A stretch of 64,000 nt of DNA, from NCBI GenBank assembly GCA_049997855.1, contig JBEKSG010000002.1:16996-80995 (forward strand), in the 5' to 3' direction. Both the position numbers and the translations under genes were made by a program. Every line of letters starts with the position of its first letter. Position 1 is the stretch's first letter. The notes under the pieces were generated by a model. That model did no database searches. It was given only the letters and a program-made list of their open reading frames with translations, and was not told where the DNA came from. This DNA is from Minisyncoccia bacterium (GTDB lineage: Bacteria; Patescibacteriota; Minisyncoccia; Phycocordibacterales; SBAW01). Positions 59,271 to 64,000 of this stretch are shown here, piece by piece.

Positions 59271-59698
59271 AAGAACTTTTCAAGCGACACCAATCGTTTT
59301 TGCAGGTAGGGCTTGTGGGCGCTATGGGCGCTGTTATACAGTCGCTGTGTCTTTTTGTGCTGGTTGAGTTTTTTGGGATTCATCCGGTGCTTGGCAATAC
59401 TATTGCGGCCGAGATTGCCGTCATTTGCAACTTTATCGTCAATAATTTTTGGACTTTCAGGAATCGCAGCATGCACTCGCTCCCGAAGCGCTTCGTTATG
59501 TTCAATATCAGCGTACTCGGCTCGATTGTGATCCAGGCAATTATGGTTTCGAGCGGCATTTATTTCTTTGGAGTACGGTGGTATCTGCTCTATGCAGCGG
59601 TAGGCATCGTGCTTGGACTAATCCTCAACTACACGCTTTATGTGCGCCTCATATGGAAGTACCGTCCGGATGCGTTATCTGAGAAACTTGATAAGTAA
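59267..59698 (+). CDS. GtrA-family polyprenol-sugar flippase-associated membrane protein
   Basis: four TM helices; NTIAAEIAVICNFIVNNFWTF motif; ATGA overlap with the GT2-GT-C gene. Confidence 0.7.
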   Translation: MKELFKRHQSFLQVGLVGAMGAVIQSLCLFVLVEFFGIHPVLGNTIAAEIAVICNFIVNNFWTFRNRSMHSLPKRFVMFNISVLGSIVIQAIMVSSGIYFFGVRWYLLYAAVGIVLGLILNYTLYVRLIWKYRPDALSEKLDK

Positions 59699-60715
59699 GT
59701 TGTATACACCGCTCATCACCAGCCTAAAACGATATATGTTGTTGGTGCCGTCGAGCGTGTAGCGCGGCAGTGCGAATGCGTTTGCTGGCGACGGTATGTA
59801 CGCAGGCTCGGTAGTGAGTGCGGCGGTGTATCCCTGCTCTTTTAGGATGGCTACGGTCTCGGTGGTGTAGTCACCCTTGCCGCCATTGGGATAGGCAAAA
59901 ATGCCGAGCGGGCGGGCAAGACGCTCCGCAAGTTTTTTTTGCGAGCGTGCAATCTCTTCCCGTGCCTCCGCCCTTGATGCATGCGAAAGTATGGAGTGCG
60001 TCACGGTGTGTGGTGCAAACGTCATACCGCCTTGCTCCATCTTTTGCATCTCGGCCCAACTCATCGGCGCATATGGGCTACTTGGCAAGACAGGTGTCAA
60101 ATCAACACCCGTTTTGTCAATAAGCATGCACAAAAAGTTTTTAGTCTCGCTTGGTGAAAGAGTTTTAAAATATACGCGCACTGTTACGTCAGCCGCAATG
60201 CACTCTTGCCGCGTGCGGAGTTGAAACGTATGTGCCACACTCCCGAGTTGTAAGGTAAGGCTCTCGTGCGTGGTGGTGCCGATGGCGTGCTCGATAACGT
60301 CGACTCCGAGCGGAGCGCCTTCGATAAAGCCGGTAGTGATAAAAAAAGTGGCCGGCAATCCTGCCGCACGCAAGAGAGGAAAAGCGGCTTGATAATTGTT
60401 GGCATAGCCGTCGTCAAAGGTAATAGCAAGCGCGCTCTGGGGGAGGGTGCCGCTCTCCAGTTTGGAGACAAGCTCGGCAAGCGGCAGCACCGTGTAGTGC
60501 CGCTTAAAGTGACCAAGCTGTTTTGCAAATGCATCGGGAGAGATAAATTTACCGCGGTAGTTAAAAATGCCGCCGGCCCGTTCGCCGGTGACGCCATGAT
60601 AGAGTACAATTTTATTGTGCGGCTGTCGCATCGTGTTAATTAGTATATATGAGACTTTATATTGTATGTAATGCCCGAATGCCCAATAAAAAGGCCTTTG
60701 GCATACAAGTGGCAA
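59675..60715 (-). CDS. polysaccharide deacetylase (NodB/CE4 domain)
   Basis: ITFDDGY and FAPHTVTH motifs. Confidence 0.8.
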   Translation of the reverse strand: MPLVCQRPFYWAFGHYIQYKVSYILINTMRQPHNKIVLYHGVTGERAGGIFNYRGKFISPDAFAKQLGHFKRHYTVLPLAELVSKLESGTLPQSALAITFDDGYANNYQAAFPLLRAAGLPATFFITTGFIEGAPLGVDVIEHAIGTTTHESLTLQLGSVAHTFQLRTRQECIAADVTVRVYFKTLSPSETKNFLCMLIDKTGVDLTPVLPSSPYAPMSWAEMQKMEQGGMTFAPHTVTHSILSHASRAEAREEIARSQKKLAERLARPLGIFAYPNGGKGDYTTETVAILKEQGYTAALTTEPAYIPSPANAFALPRYTLDGTNNIYRFRLVMSGVYNLLIKFLR

Positions 60716-61791
60716 AAATGTGCGAGGCGTTTGTCGAGGCCGGCCATGAGGTAAGGCTCCTCGTCCCTCGCACCAGCGCTTTTACAACTAACCACTCGGT
60801 GCAAGAGTTTTACCATCTGCGCACGCCCGTGCCAACCATAGCCCTGCCGGCATTCGATTGGTACGGCACCAACTTTGTTGGGTTTGTGGTGAGCGCCTCC
60901 AGCTTTATGATAACGAGCACGCTGTATTTATGGTGGCAGTGGCTGCGCGGCGGCAAGGGCGTTGTGTATGCGGTTGATACGGATACTTTTTCTTATACAT
61001 CATTATTGTTTACCCCCTATCAATATGCGGTCGAGGTTGATAGGATGCCTGCGACCTTTTTAAACCGCCTCGCACTCCGAGGGGCATGCGCCATTGTGGG
61101 TATCAACCGCGAGGTTCGCAAGGACCTTGTTGAGACTGAAGGGATCCCCGCGCGCAAAGTGACGGACAGCCCCAACGGGGTAGACCCGTCGGCGTTTGAT
61201 GCGCCATCTCGCGTAGAGGCACGCCGCACACTTACCATCCCAGAAGGCGAGCGCGTCGCTCTGTTTGCCGGCCGTTTTTGGGGATACAAAGGAGTTCGTA
61301 TTTTATATGATGCCGCACTCCGGCTCACTAATGCGCAGCTTTATATCATCGGCGGTAGTCGCGATGATTTTATGAAAGAGATCGATGTCAGTGAACTGCC
61401 ATCCGCACTTCACATTATGGGCGAATGTAAAAGTTTTGAGGTGCCGACATGGCTTGCCGCCGCAGACGCGCTTATTGTCATCGGCAGCGCAGGAAATGTT
61501 TTATCTGCGCGTTATTTTTCACCTATGAAGGTGTATGAGTATATGGCGGCACATCGCCCGATTATCAGCGCCGATGTACCCGCGATACACGCTGTGCTGC
61601 CCGAGAAGTTGGGGTTGTGGTATGAGCCAGACAATGCCGTAAGTTTGGCCGAGCAGATAGAAAAAGCAGTCACCGGCACCCCGGAGATGTTAGCAATGGC
61701 GGAGCTTGCACAAGAGGAAGCTCGAAACCACACCTGGGCGCATCGTGCGCGGCAGATTGCGAGTTTTATGCAAAGCCGCATGCGCGTTTGA
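60649..61791 (+). CDS. glycosyltransferase, family GT4
   Basis: GT-B fold with C-terminal MKVYEYMAAHRPII-type motif. Confidence 0.75.
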   Translation: MRLYIVCNARMPNKKAFGIQVAKMCEAFVEAGHEVRLLVPRTSAFTTNHSVQEFYHLRTPVPTIALPAFDWYGTNFVGFVVSASSFMITSTLYLWWQWLRGGKGVVYAVDTDTFSYTSLLFTPYQYAVEVDRMPATFLNRLALRGACAIVGINREVRKDLVETEGIPARKVTDSPNGVDPSAFDAPSRVEARRTLTIPEGERVALFAGRFWGYKGVRILYDAALRLTNAQLYIIGGSRDDFMKEIDVSELPSALHIMGECKSFEVPTWLAAADALIVIGSAGNVLSARYFSPMKVYEYMAAHRPIISADVPAIHAVLPEKLGLWYEPDNAVSLAEQIEKAVTGTPEMLAMAELAQEEARNHTWAHRARQIASFMQSRMRV

Positions 61792-61822
61792 TTTTATCCT
61801 TGTGTGAGAGGTCAAAATACGT

Positions 61823-62842
61823 ATGATTGACCGTATGTCTGAAGTGCTCCCTTCTGTTGTACGACAAAAATCAATATGTGTTATTGGCGGTGCGGGATAC
61901 GTTGGCGCCCGCTTGGTTCCTCGACTTATGGCAGAAGGGTACGCGGTCACGGTGGTAGACACGCTATGGTTTGGCAACCCTTTTGATGCTTCGGTTAAAC
62001 TGATACAGCAGGATGCGCTTACGCTGCCGCAAAGTTTTTTTGGTGAGTTTGGCACTGTGTATTTTTTGGCGGGACTTGCAAGCGACCCTATGGCCGAGTT
62101 CGACCCGGCGCTCAACTTTGTAAGCAACCTTGGTGTACCTGCGTATGTGGCATACGCCGCACGCGCCGCAGGTGTGTCGCGTTTTATTTTTGCCGATTCA
62201 TGCTCGGTATACGGCTACACCGGCGGTCGCGAGTGTACCGAGGCTGATACTCTCAATCTACCGCCGTATCCCTATGGCGTGTCTAAAGCGCAAGCCAATT
62301 GTGGGCTGCTTAAATTAGTGCAGCCGGGGTTTAATGTCATCGCTTTGCGCAAGGGCACCGTCTCGGGCTGGAGTCCGCGCATGCGCTTTGATTTGTTGGT
62401 TAACGCCATGTACCGCTCGGCGTGGGTAGACAAAAAAATTGTTGTTAACAATGCCGCTATATCGCGCCCGCTCCTCGCTATCGACGACGCGGTTGAGGGC
62501 TACATGGCGACGCTTAAGGCGCCCAGCGACATATCGGGCACGTACAATATCGTGAGCCAAAATGTCACGGTCGGACAAGTGGGCGAGGAAGTACAAAAAC
62601 ATTTTAAAACAGTGCACTATATTGACATCCCGCTTGAAATAAAAAACATCCCCGATGTGCGCGACTACAAAGCAAGCGGAGCTTTGGCGGAAAAGGTTTT
62701 AGGCTTTCATCCAATAGGCTCGGTGGCAACTATACTGGCGGGCCTCGATGAGCATTTTGGCCCCAACTTTGCAGGCTACAACGACGACGTACACTACAAT
62801 ATCCGCACCTTTAAATCATTGCGAGAAAAAAAGGTGTTGTAA
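61823..62842 (+). CDS. NAD-dependent epimerase/dehydratase (SDR family)
   Basis: VIGGAGYVG; YGVSKAQAN. Confidence 0.8.
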   Translation: MIDRMSEVLPSVVRQKSICVIGGAGYVGARLVPRLMAEGYAVTVVDTLWFGNPFDASVKLIQQDALTLPQSFFGEFGTVYFLAGLASDPMAEFDPALNFVSNLGVPAYVAYAARAAGVSRFIFADSCSVYGYTGGRECTEADTLNLPPYPYGVSKAQANCGLLKLVQPGFNVIALRKGTVSGWSPRMRFDLLVNAMYRSAWVDKKIVVNNAAISRPLLAIDDAVEGYMATLKAPSDISGTYNIVSQNVTVGQVGEEVQKHFKTVHYIDIPLEIKNIPDVRDYKASGALAEKVLGFHPIGSVATILAGLDEHFGPNFAGYNDDVHYNIRTFKSLREKKVL

Positions 62843-62844
62843 CT

Positions 62845-64000
62845 ATGTCCGCCGATATGTCAGATACCTACTATGTAACGCTTGCCAGTTGTCTAGCGTG
62901 CCAAGCCGCAGACCTGGTGCCCGTGTTGGATTTGCACGAGCAACCGCTCGCCAACTCGTATCACAAAGAGGGCGAGACACTGCCGGTGTTCCCGCTGGCG
63001 CTCAACGTGTGCCCGCACTGTTTCCACGCGCAGCAGGCGGTGGCGGTTGATCCCGACCTCATGTTTAAACAGTACTCCTACGTGTCGGGCACGAGCCAGA
63101 CACTGCGCGACTACTTCAACTGGTTTGCGGCGGATGTTGCACAAAAATACGGCAGTACCTTTACGCAGCCGCCGTCGGTGATGGATATTGCATGCAACGA
63201 CGGCACGCAGCTTGCATCGTTTGGAGCGCTTGGCTGGCAAATGTTTGGAGTCGACCCGGCAGAGAACCTGCTCGAACGCTCGCAAGCGGTCGGCGCTCGT
63301 GTGGTGTGCGATTACTGGACACCGGCAAGCGCGCAATCGTTCGGAAAAAAGTTTGACATCCTAATTGCGCAAAACGTGTTTGCGCACAATGCCGATCCGT
63401 ATGGGTTTTTAGAGACGGCAAAGTTGGTAATGCACAGCGGCTCAAAATTGCTCGTGCAAACGTCACAGGCCGATATGATCCCGCGCGGCGAGTTTGACAC
63501 CATATATCACGAGCATATCTCGTTTTTCTCCGCACGCTCGATGCAGGCATTGGCTCATCGCGCAGGCTTGCAGGTGGAGGATATCTACATTACGCCGGTC
63601 CACGGCGGGAGCTATGTATTTGTGCTCGGTTTTACTGCCGACGAGAGCAAAGCGCAGGCTCGGCTCGAGTACGAACAAAAAGAAGGCCGCTACAGCCTCG
63701 GTTTTTTTGAAAAGTTTGCCGCCACCGCCAAAGCTGCCGTGGCAGAGCTTACGCAAACGCTCAAAACCTATCGGAAGCAGGGCTATGCGGTGGTGGGTTT
63801 TGGCGCAGCGGCAAAGGGCAACACGATGCTTAACTTTAGCCGGATTGTGCTCGACTATATCATTGACGAAAATCCGCTCAAACAAAACTTGCTCACGCCG
63901 GGGATGAACATTCCTATTTACCCGGCAAGTAAGCTGGCAGAGCAACAGGGCAAGGTGGTGATAGTGCCGCTCGCGTGGAACTTTTATGACGAGATTCATC
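62845..64000 (+). CDS. NDP-hexose C-methyltransferase-like SAM-dependent methyltransferase (TylCIII/NovU type), partial and continuing beyond the window
   Basis: not in the ORF track (no stop in window); hand translation gives MSADMSDTYYVTLASCLACQAADLVPVLDLHEQPLANSYHKEGETLPVFPLALNVCPHCFHAQ (Cys4 zinc ribbon of the C-methyltransferase family) followed by the SAM motif DIACNDGTQL. Confidence 0.65.
   Translation, partial: MSADMSDTYYVTLASCLACQAADLVPVLDLHEQPLANSYHKEGETLPVFPLALNVCPHCFHAQQAVAVDPDLMFKQYSYVSGTSQTLRDYFNWFAADVAQKYGSTFTQPPSVMDIACNDGTQLASFGALGWQMFGVDPAENLLERSQAVGARVVCDYWTPASAQSFGKKFDILIAQNVFAHNADPYGFLETAKLVMHSGSKLLVQTSQADMIPRGEFDTIYHEHISFFSARSMQALAHRAGLQVEDIYITPVHGGSYVFVLGFTADESKAQARLEYEQKEGRYSLGFFEKFAATAKAAVAELTQTLKTYRKQGYAVVGFGAAAKGNTMLNFSRIVLDYIIDENPLKQNLLTPGMNIPIYPASKLAEQQGKVVIVPLAWNFYDEIH

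Overview
This 64 kb window (about 55% GC) looks like a small streamlined bacterial genome, most consistent with a Candidate Phyla Radiation / Patescibacteria-like lineage. That placement is an inference from four things: rRNA genes full of group I introns carrying LAGLIDADG homing endonucleases, a 16S gene unlinked from the 23S-5S pair, sparse Shine-Dalgarno usage, and giant Ser/Thr-rich surface proteins.

Gene content, in order along the window:
- ssb, rpsR and efp (efp on the minus strand).
- An ECF-type sigma factor with a small membrane partner.
- A 1 kb AT-rich islet carrying an orphan ORF plus a RelE/ParE-type toxin-antitoxin pair.
- recA and ftsK.
- A wHTH regulator whose promoter and coding region carry phased A(A/G)GACA repeats.
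- A 1247 aa surface protein with a peptidoglycan-binding domain.
- A TPR protein.
- A compact REP-associated tyrosine transposase (RAYT / IS200-like) element flanked by perfect palindromes.
- A class-A beta-lactamase-like hydrolase and a second repeat-rich surface protein.
- cspA-like, rplJ and rplL.
- A 23S rRNA gene of about 5.3 kb interrupted by two or three intervening sequences, two of them encoding LAGLIDADG endonucleases, followed by the 5S gene.
- A SEDS (RodA/FtsW) gene, glycosyltransferases, folD and secDF.
- A 16S rRNA gene with one LAGLIDADG-bearing intron.
- An AdoMetDC-like gene, tRNA-Ile(GAT) and tRNA-Leu(CAG).
- A peptidoglycan-precursor cluster: murI, a Mur ligase, a YfiH/PgeF-like gene and an ATE/Bpt-like aminoacyl-tRNA transferase.
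- rsmI.
- A VirD4/TraG-like ATPase next to a lamin-tail-domain surface protein.
- A 16 kb glycan biosynthesis cluster: multiple GT4s, epimerases, a nucleotide-sugar dehydrogenase, a fused GT2-GT-C enzyme with GtrA, a deacetylase and a C-methyltransferase running off the window end.

No CRISPR array, retron, DGR or classical prophage was seen. The most unusual items:
- the RAYT element with three copies of its palindrome;
- the TA islet;
- the related HEG-bearing introns in 23S;
- an armless tRNA-like element upstream of the 23S promoter;
- a 16S 3' end that seems to lack CCUCC;
- the ATPase-LTD pair;
- the fused Gtr-like glycosylation module.
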